DNA of 64,000 bases from Sarea resinae (lineage: Eukaryota): positions 372,001 to 436,000 of the forward strand of contig JAPEUD010000010.1 in the NCBI GenBank assembly GCA_026026165.1, given 5' to 3'. The position numbers and the translations under genes were made by a program. The notes beneath the pieces were generated by a model. The model searched no databases. It saw nothing but the letters and a program-made list of their open reading frames with translations, and was not told the origin of the DNA. Shown here in pieces: positions 34,046 through 49,874 of the stretch (its first letter is position 1; every line of letters starts with the position of its first letter).

Positions 34046-36112
34046 ATGGCCTCGGTGCCGACTCAGCGCAGATTCGCAGACTTGAAGCTCGACACCTCGG
34101 CCTCTCGTCCGCCTGCCTCTGCCGCCATCCCTTTCAACAGTCGACGAGATGCTAGCGGAAGAACAAGTCGTGGGCTGGCATCTGGCTCGAGAGATGATCA
34201 GTGGTCGTCCTTCGACAGTTTCGACTTTGGATCAGCCTCCCACAAGAAGAGACACGGTCTGCTGGAGGAGGATGAAGACCATTCTTCCACCCCGCCGATA
34301 GACGTCCCGGCACCAAGTCTGAATAGCTATACAAACAGCTATACCAACAGCAACGAAACGGCAATCGAAGAAACCGGACCAACCTCAGGCTCTCGTTATG
34401 CCGAGCCGTCCCCACTGGAACAGGCCTTTAGAACAAGAAGCACTTCCATCACCTTCAGTCCTCATGTTACATTGGATAGTGGCCAGCAACGCGGGCTCGA
34501 GCAGCCACTGCCTAGGCCCGAAAAGAATAGGGCGAGGGGACGATCTATATTGCAAGAAATGGCAGAACGCGCATCGCAGTCACCTGCCGAGACGGCCCCG
34601 CCGAGAACATTGACGAGAGCTCATAGTGAGTCGGAGCGGGCAAAATACGATCCAATAACGGGGGAACTTATTCGACTGAGAAGGAAGGGTGGCCCACAAA
34701 CGGAAGAGGAAGCTGCGCCGAGATACCCGCTTCTCTATACGGCTGTGGAAGAAATGGCAACGGATGCGAATCCTGGTGATGATGAACGTGTCGCATCTCT
34801 GACATCCGACTCCACGGCTTCTCCAGCTCTCGAAGAAATATCGACGCCACTCAATACGCCGACGGAATTTACGCTCTCGCCGCTCAACATGCCGTCACAC
34901 TTTAAGCAGCCGATGTCTCTGGAAGAGTCTAGCGCATGGCCTATGCCCCGCCGAGGAGTTTCGATGCATCGTGCAAAGAGCTACGGCGCAGAGAAGTCTG
35001 CCACACGGAGGGCCAGTCGTGCAAGCTCTGGACGTTCGACTTCGTCGATGTCGCCCGCAAGCGCATTCCTATCTCAGTGGGGCCGCGCGGAAGCATCAAC
35101 TATGATAGAGCCAGACGACGAAGGTCAAGAGGTTGGTGACTACGTTCTAGGGAAGCAGATCGGCTTCGGTGGTTTCAGTATAGTGAGGGAGGCCTACACC
35201 ATTGAGGGAGACGATCGGGTCCGTCGAGCTGTGAAAATCGTCCGGAAGCAAGTCGATGGCAAATCCGAACGAGAAAATGATCAGCTCCAGACGGAATTTG
35301 AGCACGAAGTTTCCCTCTGGCGCTGCTTGAGTCATCGCAATATCCTTCCTCTCATAGCTGTCTACGACACTCCTTTTGCTACGTTCTGCTTCATCCCCTT
35401 GATACCGGCAGGCACGCTTTTTGACCTTGTCCGCCAGAATCGCAAAGGTTTACGCCCCGATCTTGCGAAACGTTACGCATGCCAGCTCGCCTGCGCGATT
35501 CGCTATCTCCACGAGGACGTTCACGTCGTCCACAGAGACATCAAGTTGGAGAATTGCCTCCTCGACATGTCTTCTCCGAACGCGGAACAGGAAGGCGGAA
35601 AGGTCCTCCTCTGCGACTTCGGCATGGCAGAATTCATTACTGGGGAAAACCGAAACTCTCCGGATCCTTACGAGAAGATGGCGGATCGGCCTCCGCAAAA
35701 GAATATTGGTCCTTCCGAAACCAGTACCTGCATCGTCGGTAGCTTGCAATACGCATCTCCCGAGTCGATTACTGAGCAAGCCGGTCTGCTCTCTCCTCCT
35801 ATGGATATCTGGGCTTACGGCGTGGTGCTGTATGCGCTCCTCGTTGGTGATCTGCCGTTCCAGCATATGTTCCAGCCAAAGGTGCGGATGATGATCCTGA
35901 GAGGGGATTGGGACGAGCAGGTCCTAAGGAATGGAAATGGAGTGAAGGGTTCCGTCGAAGAAGCGGTCGAATTGGTGAAGCGTTGTTTGACAATGGAGCC
36001 GGAAAATCGGTGGGAGATTGGACGAGTGCTGGACTGTCTGTGGTTACGTGGTGTCCAGACGCAATTTGAGGATGCAGAAAACGACATGGAAATCGGAAGC
36101 GCATGGACCTGA
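34046..36112 (+). CDS. Ser/Thr protein kinase with a long disordered N-terminus (Nnk1-like, CAMK group)
   Basis: PDDEGQEVGDYVLGKQIGFGGFS, AVK, HEVSLW, HRDIKLEN, DFG, GSLQYASPE, DIWAYG; intronless. Confidence 0.88.
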   Translation: MASVPTQRRFADLKLDTSASRPPASAAIPFNSRRDASGRTSRGLASGSRDDQWSSFDSFDFGSASHKKRHGLLEEDEDHSSTPPIDVPAPSLNSYTNSYTNSNETAIEETGPTSGSRYAEPSPLEQAFRTRSTSITFSPHVTLDSGQQRGLEQPLPRPEKNRARGRSILQEMAERASQSPAETAPPRTLTRAHSESERAKYDPITGELIRLRRKGGPQTEEEAAPRYPLLYTAVEEMATDANPGDDERVASLTSDSTASPALEEISTPLNTPTEFTLSPLNMPSHFKQPMSLEESSAWPMPRRGVSMHRAKSYGAEKSATRRASRASSGRSTSSMSPASAFLSQWGRAEASTMIEPDDEGQEVGDYVLGKQIGFGGFSIVREAYTIEGDDRVRRAVKIVRKQVDGKSERENDQLQTEFEHEVSLWRCLSHRNILPLIAVYDTPFATFCFIPLIPAGTLFDLVRQNRKGLRPDLAKRYACQLACAIRYLHEDVHVVHRDIKLENCLLDMSSPNAEQEGGKVLLCDFGMAEFITGENRNSPDPYEKMADRPPQKNIGPSETSTCIVGSLQYASPESITEQAGLLSPPMDIWAYGVVLYALLVGDLPFQHMFQPKVRMMILRGDWDEQVLRNGNGVKGSVEEAVELVKRCLTMEPENRWEIGRVLDCLWLRGVQTQFEDAENDMEIGSAWT

Positions 36113-37667
36113 ATCTCGAGGCCCTGGTTTTTGGACCTCCCATCTGTTTCATTCACAGACAGAGGAGATGCTGGATGGGTTTCCCCGCTCTGGGTGACGA
36201 GCGACGTGTATGATACGATGTCACGGATTTCTTCTTCTTTCGGTCTGCGCTCTTCAGGCCGGTCTCTCATGCTTCGACATTGGCGCTCACATACGGATTT
36301 GGATCTACGATTTCGGTCTCCGGCTTTGGTTCCCCGTTTGTGATTATCTTTTATTCTTTTCTCAAAGTGTTCTCGAGCAAGTTTGACGTTGTTGGGGTTA
36401 GAGTCTTCTATGATTGATACCCCCCCCCCCCCCAACGACATATAGCTTTGTTCTTATTTCCTGTTTCTCTCATCATCGACCCGGACCGTTCTGGTGTCGT
36501 CATTTTTCGAGCATCATATCAGACCTTATGGGGCAAAACAAGGAGGGAATTGGACTGGATGACTGCATTATTGGTATTGGTATAGGGATATTGGCTTTCG
36601 AATGTGCATGGCAGTATGGATGGATGCGGATGTGGAACATTGCGGTTGGCCCGAAGTATGGCCAACATCGTGGATACGGATTTAAACTCTTAGCTGACAG
36701 TTGGCCGGCTCATGTGCATACCTACATACTCTAGCAAGAGATCCCTCTAGGGTGCGTCTAGAAATGCATCTGTATTTCTAAGCTCTCCATCTACCTGAAA
36801 ACTTAGGCCCTGTGTGGTGATATTCCTCAAGCAATAGCATCACTTTCACCTCACTCGGTTCTTCACCGACGAGTAGAGAGGTAGTTGATATGATACCGTC
36901 TACGCTGCACTTAAGTTGTTCAGATGCGACTCGGTAAAAGGAGGGTGTCAGGTGCAGAGTTGTCGTCAACACTGCTGCCTGCAGAGCTTTGCCTAAAATG
37001 ATTTATGCTGTACTCCGTGCGGTTGTGCGGCTTGTGCCTGGCTTTCAAATCGGTTTGCGTCCGTCAGGATCCTCGTATCTCTCTCTGTATCTGTCCGATT
37101 CGATCAGCTTCCCTGACACACGGCTACCTGGTGATCCGTACCGACACCGTCATCCACCGTGGTGCAGTACCCGGTGAGAGGTATCACTGCCGGAAGACAA
37201 ACGCGTTACCCGGCTCGCTTCTTCGCCTCTCGCTCTGGCCTTCTCGCCTCACTTCAAGACGTAATGGTGTACACTGGGGCGCGAGAGTACCTGGCCGACC
37301 ACTGCCTTCACCGTGTGCGAGCATGTACTGACTCACCTGTTTTCGGAGCCAAGCAACCACAGAGGTACCTGTAGCTTGCCTTACCTCATCTCACCTATTA
37401 CCACTGGGCTGTCCTATCCTGACCACTTGCGTTGCTACAACTGACCAGCTTCGACTTCGGAGCATCCTCTACTTCACCATTACCCTTTGCCTCCTTCATC
37501 TTTCCACCCTTCATCCACCCTCTCTTTCGCTCATACACATCTGTCCATCTCCGAGAGTTTCTCTACAGACAGGTCTCCATCATCATCTCCTGGGCTTCTA
37601 TCCTTTCTGAAGCCTCGCCTCTATCTACATCGTCTTGTGTGCCCGTAGCTCCGACTACGCAGACATC

Positions 37668-40446
<2,779 letters not shown>

Positions 40447-40909
40447 ATTAATCGGTATCGGTAGTAGCAGTGGTCAGTCTGTTGGTTGGTCGTTGGTAGT
40501 CGAGGTAGTAAGGTAGTCGTGGCTGGGTGCGTCTGGTCAATCTCCTAGTTTTCCCATCTAAATCAATGAAAGAGATTCATTTTCACGGTGCTTTTTTGAG
40601 ATGCTGTAATCCAGGGGGGTCGTGTTTTCCGGTACTCTCTCTCCCTCTCTCTGGCACGAGAGTTACTGCCATGACTCCTGGTGCTAGAGCAGACGCATCA
40701 CCTTTCCGGGATCCCTCTTCTTCCTCTTCTTCTTCTCCTCTCCTCTTTTCTTCTTGTCCCATTTCGTCTCTTCCTCCTCTCTTTCCCTTTCCCTTTTCAT
40801 TCTTTCCCTCTCTCTTTCTCTCTTTTCTACTTCGGGTAGTAAGTAATTCGGGTTAGTAGCTCTAGATGCATACTGCGGAGTACATACATAACGCGCATCT
40901 ATACACACG

Positions 40910-41720
40910 CATCCTTCTACTCCGCTCTACTCTACTCTACTCGGTTCTACTCGGCTCTGCTTCTACTTAGCTCAGCTCTACTCTACTCTACTCTAGTCTA
41001 ATTGAAATCCATCTAGAAGATTCCTCCTCCTCCTCCTCCTCCTCCTCCTCCTCCTCCTCCTGACTGTTAAGGAGAGGAGTGTGTAGACATGGATTCTGTA
41101 GGTCATGGATTCTGTAGGTATTGAGTGTGTAGGCATCAAGTCTTAGACATAGAGTCTGTAGACATAGAGTCTGTAGTGTTAAGTGTAGAACTAGAGTGTA
41201 GAAGTGTAGAAGTGTAGAAGTGTAGAAGTGTAAAAGTGTAGGAAGAGTTTAGTTCCATCAGGTTTAATAGAATATATATATATATACATTCATAAATTCT
41301 CTCTCTTTCACTTTCTCCCTTGCACTCTTTCTCTCTTCCTCTTTATTAATATATTCTTTTTCTTTAGATTTCCTCTCCTCTCTAAAAAAAAGCTATCTAT
41401 CTCTCTACCTATCTACCTACTTATCTATCTATTTATTTATTTATTTATTTATTTATTTCCTAGCGAGTAGATAGAGTTTTTGTTTGGACTAAACTGATTA
41501 ACTCACTACCTTACTATATCTAGACTCTTGTTCTTGTTCTTCTTTTTCTTCTTCTTCTTCTTCTTCTTCTTCTTCTTCTTCTTCTTCTCTCTATTATTAG
41601 AATTTACGCTCTTTACTTTAAAGATTGAAAGCACTTTAGACCTCTCTTCTTTCTTTTCATCTTCTTTTATCTCGCTCTTCTAGATCTTCTAGATCTTTAA
41701 AGTGTATAACAACTAAAGCG

Positions 41721-41754
<34 letters not shown>

Positions 41755-41872
41755 ATCTACATTTAATAGCAGGAAGAGCTGCTTATGGTATCCTTAGATC
41801 CTGATTCTTGTTCTTGTTCTTACTCTGTTCTTATTCTTGTCCTAATCCTAACGCTGACGCGAATCCTGATCC

Positions 41873-41920
<48 letters not shown>

Positions 41921-42420
41921 CCCCCTACCACTATCTAGCTGCCTACCACTATTTAGCTGCATACCACTCTCTAGCTGCCTCACTTATGTATATGTCGGAA
42001 ACAAAAAGTGCGGAATAGCTAGGACAAGGGAAGGTGAGGAAGGGGAGTGAGCGCCTTGTCCTTTGTTCCTTCCTTCCTTCCTTCCTTCCTCCCCTCCTTC
42101 TTCCTGGTTCGGTCCTGCTCTCTACAAGGATAACGATGATGAGAATGGTGGTGATGATGAGAATGGTGGTGATGATGAGAATGGTGGTGATGATGAGAAT
42201 GGTGGTGATGATGATGATGATGAAGATAAAGATGATGCTCGCCCCTCCTAATGCCTGCCCGCCTGATGCCCTTTCTTACCCAACAGCGATGATAAAGAAG
42301 AAAAGAGAAAGATAAGGAGGACGAAGAAGAATAAAAAGAAGAGGGAAGAGAGGCGAAGAAGAGGAAAGAGGAAAGAAGAAAGAGAAGAAAAAAAAAAAGA
42401 CAAGATGAAATCAACCTTGG
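40910..42420. repeat. Dense micro/minisatellite island between the convergent CDC48 and STE50 genes
   Basis: (CTCTA)n, (CCT)n, (AAGTGTAG)n, (TA)n, (TATT)n, (CTT)n, (CA)n, (CT)n and (CTTC)n, plus the 18-mer TACCACTATCTAGCTGCC x3 (41926-41979) and the 18-mer GATGATGAGAATGGTGGT x4 (42135-42206). Confidence 0.93.
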
Positions 42421-42447
42421 AAAATTACATCAGATTATAAAAGAACC

Positions 42448-44175
42448 TCACAACACGCCTCCGGGCAACTGGATACTACTTTGATACTGCTGTTGGCCGC
42501 CTCGAAATCCTCCGCCCCCACTCCCACCACCGTTACTGCTCCCAGGAGGACCACCGCCACTCGAGCCCTGATCCAAGCCCGCGCTCCCGGGCGGCATACC
42601 CGAGACCGTGCTGCCGGCGGACCCCGGCGGCATCTCGCCCGGCGGCGCGTGCCGTCGCAGCATGAACATGGGTTTGCGGCCCTCGCGATCCAGCTGCTTG
42701 AACAGGATCAGCGGCCGCTCATCGAGCCCGAGACACCGCTCCTGGTCGCCGTAGACGATGTAGAGCGCGTACTGGCGCCAGTCGGCGTTGATGTTGTATT
42801 TCTTTAACGCCGCGGGGAGCACCTTGTAGCACGGGTCGTCCATCGACACGCGGAACGACTTGAAGATCTCGCCGCTCGGGGGCGCACCCCCTGACCCTGT
42901 GGTTTCTTCTATACGACGCGCGGATCCTGGCGGCCCGGGCGTGGGCGCTTGGCTCCGGTCTCGGTCTCGGTCTCGGTCGCGACTGTCGCGGTCGAGTAAG
43001 GTGGAGGCATTGGAGGAGAACGACGTGTGTGGGAGGGAGCCGTCGTCGGCTGAGTTGAGTGGGTGTTGTGGGAAGCCGGAGCGGGTTGGGGGAGTGGGTT
43101 CGTTGCGGGAGTAAGAGCGGGAGGCGAGCGTGGATTGATTCGCGTACGCGGAAGAGGTCGGCGAGGGCTGATTGAGCTGTTTGGGGGAGGTTTGTGGTTG
43201 GGAGCCGCCGTTGATGGTGGCGGTCAGGTGCGAGGACGCGGCCATGGCGGCGGCTGACGGGTCCAGGCCGGCGTTTTCTTGGATCGATTGAGGCATGTGG
43301 GTTGGTGACGAGTTTTTGGGTGTCGAGCCCAAGAAAAGCTTCTTCTTCGAAAATTTCCTTGAGAGGGTGTTGCCGTTCTTGTCCATGATTGGGGGCGATT
43401 GTTGAGGTTTGCCCTGATCATAGCCGTGAGACTCGAGCGTCGGTAAGGGGTGCGACTGGTCCTTTGCCATTCGGAACACGGGCAACAGCTCTTCTCGTAA
43501 TTTTCTGTACTCGTCTGCAACTTTTCTCAATTCTGCCTCTGCCTGCACGATTCTCTCGTCTCGTAGTTTGATTGACTGGATGATGCGCGCGATGTCTTCC
43601 TGCGTTACCGTGTTGTCCTGCATACTCGCCTCGGCCGCTGTATTTCGGGATTCGGTCAGTCTCTTCATTCACTCTGGGGAGAGAAACAGAACATACAGAG
43701 AGGGATGTAGTGATCTGGGTCGATGGGAATGCCCTGTGCGACCTTGACGTCGTAGACATTCTTCAATACCGTCAACCGGTGTCCTACGCTTGCCATTCCC
43801 ATCTCTTTCAGCTCATCGTGCTTGAGGGCGATGAGAGCATCCCCCACAATCTCATTCTCTGCCACTACCATCAGCACAGCTATCATCAAGACAGCATACG
43901 GACTTCTTACCGAGAAACGCCTTTGCATACTGTGACAGGCCCAAGCCTTGGATGAAATCCACACACTCGTCCGTCGACCAATCGAGGATGAGCGTTTTCG
44001 GCGTCCGATGACCCTCCTGTGCATGGCCATATGTCGTCGGGGTCTGCTCGGTCGAGTGAGGCTCGGAATCGGTGGGCGATTCCGAATCCGTTGGCAGACG
44101 CGGAGAGGGGATGACGCTGCGCTCGTACTCGTCGTCGGCGTCCGAGTCGGCGTAGTGGGCATTCTGGAAGGCCAT
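42448..44175 (-). CDS. STE50: MAPK cascade adaptor with N-terminal SAM and C-terminal Ras-association domains
   Basis: Three exons; YADSDADDEYERS start; SAM domain W....C..F...LGL.QY...F.ENEIVG.ALI.L.H.ELKEMG..SVGHRLT.LK; RA domain EIFKSFRVSMDDPCYKVLPAALKKY..YGDQERCL..GRKPMFMLR; ends LPGGVL. Confidence 0.93.
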
Positions 44176-46419
44176 GGCCCTGCCGTCACGATCGATGCCA
44201 AAACAATGCCAATGTGGTCTCGATCGAGCTCAGCGAGCTTGGTAGATGGCGAGCTTTGTTGTTGTCGTCGTCGTCGGGGCAGTGCACAATCTCGGCAGGT
44301 GAGACTCGAGGATAGATACCTTCCAAGGGATGTTGTTCTTGTCCGATCAAAAGGAGACTCGAGCGGAAGCCGGACCAACGCGTCCAAAGCCGAGTCTGAT
44401 ACAGGCTGATGATGATGGCAGAAGGGGAGAGGAGCGGATCTCTGGTGCGAAGGATCAATGCAGCTGTAGCAGGCGATCACGGACACGGGGTGGTCATAGT
44501 GGCCATAGTGGTCGTAGGGGTCGTCGTATGGAGCATTCGTAATGATGGTGGTAATGAGCGAGCCAATGCAAGCGAGTACCTGGCCATGTACCAATCACGC
44601 AGTACTCCACCACCAAGACCCTCAGCCGAAGTACAAGCATGGGGGTACTCCGTACACCGTCACTGCGCACTCATCTCACGGGAGATCATCGATCAAAAGG
44701 GAGATGAATTGAATGGGAAGAGACGACGTCTTTGATATTGGATCTCTCATGAACTCCTACAGGGAACTCTTCGTTTTCTCATTTCTGCATTTTTCTCTCA
44801 AGCTGCTGTCTACATCAGACGAAAGTGCACACGCGTACTCCTACCCCTGAGCGCCATGTCGAAGTCAGTCAACCGTCCGCGAGTCTCGAGGTCATGTCCG
44901 TAATATCAGCAATATCAGACAGGGAATAGCATCTGCTCTACGACAGGAGTAAGACCTGATTTATGCACGCATTGCTGATCGCGCTACAAGCCAATGGAAT
45001 TCTTCATTTGCCATTGGATCCATGGATCATGGCGGCGGCTACCCCCAATCCACGCAGCCGCCGACTCGACCTACTGCGCTGTAGTAGTGTTGTAGTACGA
45101 AGACTTTGGCGGCTGCAATCTTGATCATCAGTGGGGATACTTCGCATCCGCAAGCATGATTGTCGTCGAATGTCATCGTTGCAGAGCATTGCACATCCCA
45201 TGCCTTCCATTGCCATCACCTCACCATCCTCGATGGCCTCACCCCCTGCACCACCTCACCGAGAGTCGAGTCGAGTACTCGAAATGGCCCGATAATCAGT
45301 CCCCGTCCACGACATCTTAGCGCCCATCCGACCCACCAACCCACCAACCCACCCAGACCCCACCCAGCAAGCGCTGGACACAACGTCTGGTCTGGGCGGC
45401 TAAACATCTTCGACGATTGATCAGGTCGACCTACTGCAAGGTACACTCCTCCCCCAACTCCTAACCCCCACCCTCGTAGATCGACGACGTGAGATCCTCC
45501 CGTCTTCCCATCGCGCGAACACCGAAGCATATGCACTCCTGATCCGAAGCCGAAGGCAATCCGTCGACGAGGACTAGAGTAAGCGATGCGGGAGAAGCGT
45601 CAAGGTGGTTTGTACCGATGCGAGGGTAGGCAGGCGGAAAGAGAATGAAATGTCGGACGACCATGAGACTCGGATATCGATGGATGAGCATGAGATTACT
45701 AGAGACTATGCATGGGTAAACGCCCACACAGAATGGCATTTCCGATTTCCTTGACTCCGAATAAACCCTTCGTGTCGTACTGCATATCTAAGAATTCTTC
45801 ACTCTCCTGGAAAATGATCGACGAATCAAGACCATAAAGGCGCCAGGGCTAAAGTCCAGAGTACTCGCTAAATGTGATTCTGCCAGAGCGGTGAAGCGAG
45901 CCAGCTCCAGCTCCAGCTCCAGCTCGGCAGAAAACGGACGGCGAATAGACAGACAGACACCTCTCAAAGCAGTCCGCGACCAGCATCTACCACCAAGTCG
46001 ACAGACACCACCGAGACGGCATAGCGGTATGATTCAATGAATCTGGAATTCTTCCAACTTGCCTAATTCGTCCTGGCTAAGTCTGCCGCTCCTCCCTGCG
46101 CCACCAAGGCTCGTCGAACCGACCGGGCGCGAGCGACATAAAGCCACCAGAGGCCGAGATACCACGACGGGCTATACAGCCTCTTCTCTGGATTCATCCG
46201 ATCTAGCTGTATGTCTATCAGCAAGCCATATCTGGCAGTTTTCTACCCGGCAGCCTAGCTACGGCACGGCACACGCAACACACACACTGAGAGAGAGACT
46301 GAAACGATCCTCTCAAGGACGCAGCATCAATTTCTCTACCCACATACACAACGAGACCATCCCTGGGTACAAGCATTTTTCGACCGACTCTCCTCGAAAA
46401 CAAAATTCGCTCAAGGAAA

Positions 46420-46950
46420 ATGTCAACGTCGACGCCCTCCTCCGCCTCGCCCCGCCTGGCTCAACCCCAAGCTCTATCACAGAACCCCCATCTCCATCTC
46501 CCCCAAGCCTCAACTACGCATTCAGTACCCCCTAAAGGCTCCCAGCTCCCGCCTGCCCTCCGCTCACAAATCAACGCCTCTCTCCTCTCCAACGGCTCCA
46601 TAAACAGGATCCAATCACAGCTCCTAATGCAACTTCAGTCGAGCGGCTGGACGGCAGCGGTGCGGGAGCGCTGTCTTGAACTGCTGCGCGACGGGGAGTG
46701 CGCGACTTATGGCGAGCTCATGGGAAGGGTTGTCAAAGAGGTGAGGGGGGCCGATGATATTTCTTCCGAGGGAACGGGTGGGGTGGGCGGGGCAAAGGGG
46801 GCCAAGAATGGTACTGGTAATGGTAATGCTGGAGGGGGTGATATCAGTGCCAGCCGGCTGAAAGTCCCGGATAAGGTTGTTCGGGAGGGGGTCGCGGTCG
46901 TGAGGAGGGAGTTGGAGGGAGTGGTTGAGGTCGTTGTTCCTGAGGAGTGA
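46420..46950 (+). CDS. ENY2/Sus1-like small nuclear protein
   Basis: L..QI...LL..G....IQ..L...L..SGW...VRE....LLR and VP..V..EG...VR.EL helical pattern typical of EnY2-family proteins. Confidence 0.65.
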   Translation: MSTSTPSSASPRLAQPQALSQNPHLHLPQASTTHSVPPKGSQLPPALRSQINASLLSNGSINRIQSQLLMQLQSSGWTAAVRERCLELLRDGECATYGELMGRVVKEVRGADDISSEGTGGVGGAKGAKNGTGNGNAGGGDISASRLKVPDKVVREGVAVVRRELEGVVEVVVPEE

Positions 46951-47983
46951 TTCTTCTCGCTTTTTCCTGTTTTGTCCCATCATCTCCTGTCGTTGTCTAA
47001 TAATTGCTCTGTCACTCTATCGTCCTATTTCCTCTGACTCTCTCGCTCCTATTACCATCTCACCTTCTCTCTCTCCCTCTCCCTCTTTCTCTGAGAAAAA
47101 CAGCGATGCCTCCGCAGAAACCGCTTTCACCTTAGGATCTACATATGTATCTGCTGGCATAGTATACCTACCATTACTATGCACCTCAATATCTACCTCA
47201 CCTCGCTACTCTCAAACCTCTATCTTCGCATCTTTACCTAACCGCCTTATTTTCGCACAACGACAATCTCCATACCGCCTCAAAAGCAGGGAAGCATGAG
47301 ATCCCCATCTGAACATATGACAGTAAACGCTGGAACTATCAACGATTACGTACTTGTATCCTGGGATGTCAATGCTGCCGCTCAGAACCCAGGGCAAGTA
47401 GAACTGAGAGAAAGGAACATGGCCGATTGTGTTCGGATGCTTGAACCAGTCCACAAGACGGGATCCGTACACAAAGATGAGCTCTGTTCCGGGAGTAGTC
47501 ATCCTCACCTTCTCGCCCGAAGATACCAGCACTCTGCTAGAAAGTCCCAGTCAGGCAAAGGAAGCCGGTTGTATGAATTAGAAAGTCTGATCCCTATCTC
47601 GTAGTTGTCCGATGCAAGCCCGCACGATATCGATAAGTCGAGTAAGGTACTCACTCCATGGATAGCATAGGTCGTTGTTTCCGGCTAGACCACGCGGGTA
47701 CGCGAGCACCAGGTCAGAGGTAAAACCAACGTCGCCCGAGAAGACTCCCCCGCTACCCTCTGATCACTGCCCTAATGGGCCGAATTGAGTCCAGTGACCG
47801 CGATGATACGGTAGCACTGAGTCAAAGGGCTCCAATTCGCGAGAACAACCGGCCAGGGAATTTGTCTGTGTAGCTTAGTAGAATACCAAGGGGAGGTCGT
47901 TCTATTGACCAACAATTCAATTCCGTTATCTTCAAACATACATATTGTTATACACGCAAAAATTGAAGGATACACAATTGAAG

Positions 47984-49874
47984 ATGGCAGGTGTGGGCCA
48001 GGCAACATTGCCCGGGTCAACCGACGTCGACGCCATTGAACAAGTCTGCGGAGCGGAGACCTCGACGACGAGCCCTACACAAGCTCTGGACATGGAGTTA
48101 GGAGCCAGAGATCAAAAAGCGGTATCGGAGACAATTCCCTCCAGCCATTCCCATCAGATCCACGACCAGACACTGCGACTCTCATTTCCTCGACTCCTTG
48201 CTGCCTATCTTTGCCTTTGTGCCTGTTATTTTACATCTGCTCTTGATATGAGCTCGACCACAACAGCACTGCCAACTATTTCCCACTCTCTGAATGCTGG
48301 TTCCACTATCACGTGGACCGGCACTGCCTATCTGCTGGGACAGACATCATTTCAACCTTTGTATGGCCGCATATCTGATATATCCGGCCGCAAGCCGCTC
48401 TTGTTAGCTTCTGTCCTGTGTATTATTGCCGGTGGCCTGCTTTGTGGCTTTGCACAAAGCCCAGTTTGGCTGTACACATCCCGTGCGTTGAACGGTATTG
48501 GTGGTGGAGGGATTAGCTCGCTGGTCGCGATTATAGTCAGCGACTTGGTCAGCTTGAAGGCGCGAGGGAAGTACCAAGGTATGATTAGTATCGCAATGGG
48601 AACTGGAGCCCTGTCTGGGCCTTTCGTCGCAGCGAGTCTCGTGCGGACTGGAACCGATGGCTGGAGATGGGTTTTCTGGGTACCTTTACTCGTTGCCGTG
48701 GGGTGCTTCGTACTACTTTTGTTCCTCCTACCCCTGAAGCCGGTGACGGGTAATTGGAAGGAAAAACTCCGAAAGATTGACTGGTTTGGAGTGGGAACTT
48801 CTGTGACGGGCATCGTTCTTCTACTAGTAAGCGCTGGTCCACTGACGAAGACAGAAAGTCGTGCTTCTACTCCCGGACCTCCAAACTGATCCTTCGCCAC
48901 AGATCCCAGTCAGTTCAGGAGGAAGTATCTGGCCATGGCGCAGTGCTTTGATCATCTCCATGTTGACCGTGGGCGGCATATCACTATTCCTTTTCGTGCT
49001 CATTGAGGGATTCTTCGCCAAAATCCCAATAATGCCGCTACGTCTATTCAAACAACGATCTACTGCCATTCTGTTTATCCAAGGTGCCCTTCATGACTTT
49101 GTCTGGCAGGCAACCCAATATTTTCTTCCACTTTACTTTCAGACTGTCAGGGGCTATAGCCCATCCAAGAGTGCCATTCTGGTTCTACCGTACTCGCTTG
49201 GTCAAAGTCTTGCGGGAGCGCTTTCTGGACCTGCGATGACTAAACTTTCTAGGTGGGTAAAAGAAGCGTGCTTCTAGTTCGCGATTTCCTGACTTGCAGC
49301 ACAGATATAGTCCAGTTTTGCGCTGTGGATACGTGCTCTGGACACTTGCTGCAGGCCTAAATCTCCTTTTCTCACGAACGACCTCCGTTGCTGTGTATCT
49401 GGTAGTATTGGCCATCGAAGGCGCCGGGGTCGGTTTCGTTCACCAGCCGGGTAAGCCACCTCATTTCCATGATGTCTGGCCGAAAGCCTTTCTTAGTATA
49501 CATGACTAGGCCTCGTGGCCGTACAAGCCCTGTCCACGAACGAGGATCGTGCAGTCGCAACGTCGACTCGCAACCTGTTGCGTTCCCTGGGAGCCGTAGT
49601 CGGCGTTGCGGTCTCAACCGCCGCTCGGTATGCCGTCACAGAAGCAGCACTTCGCGGCAAAGTCCCTTCGCCGCTTCTCACCCGCGTGCTGGATGGGAGC
49701 TGGCGGATAGGTGAAGCCGGCTCGGCCGCGTTCGAGTCCGATATCTTGGGTGCGGAGATGAAAGGGTTCCGAGTTATATTTATCATGCTCGTGCCGCTCA
49801 TGGGAGTGTGTACGCTGGGAAGTTTCTTTGTCACCGATGCAGTTCTGGAGGGAGACGAGAAAAAGAACAGGTAG
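47984..49874 (+). CDS. MFS drug:H+ antiporter (DHA2/14-TMS-like)
   Basis: Four exons with canonical introns; motifs LD....TTALPTI, QPLYGRISDISGRK, R.L.GIGGGG, D.V.LK.RGKYQG, WRW.FW, IDW.G, P.MPLRLF and PLYFQ.V.G.S. Confidence 0.9.

Noticed and set aside
42019..42414. His-rich and Asp-rich ORFs; regularly spaced repeats
   Set aside because: These are translations of an 18-bp minisatellite. The units are head-to-tail with no spacers, so this is not CRISPR-like.
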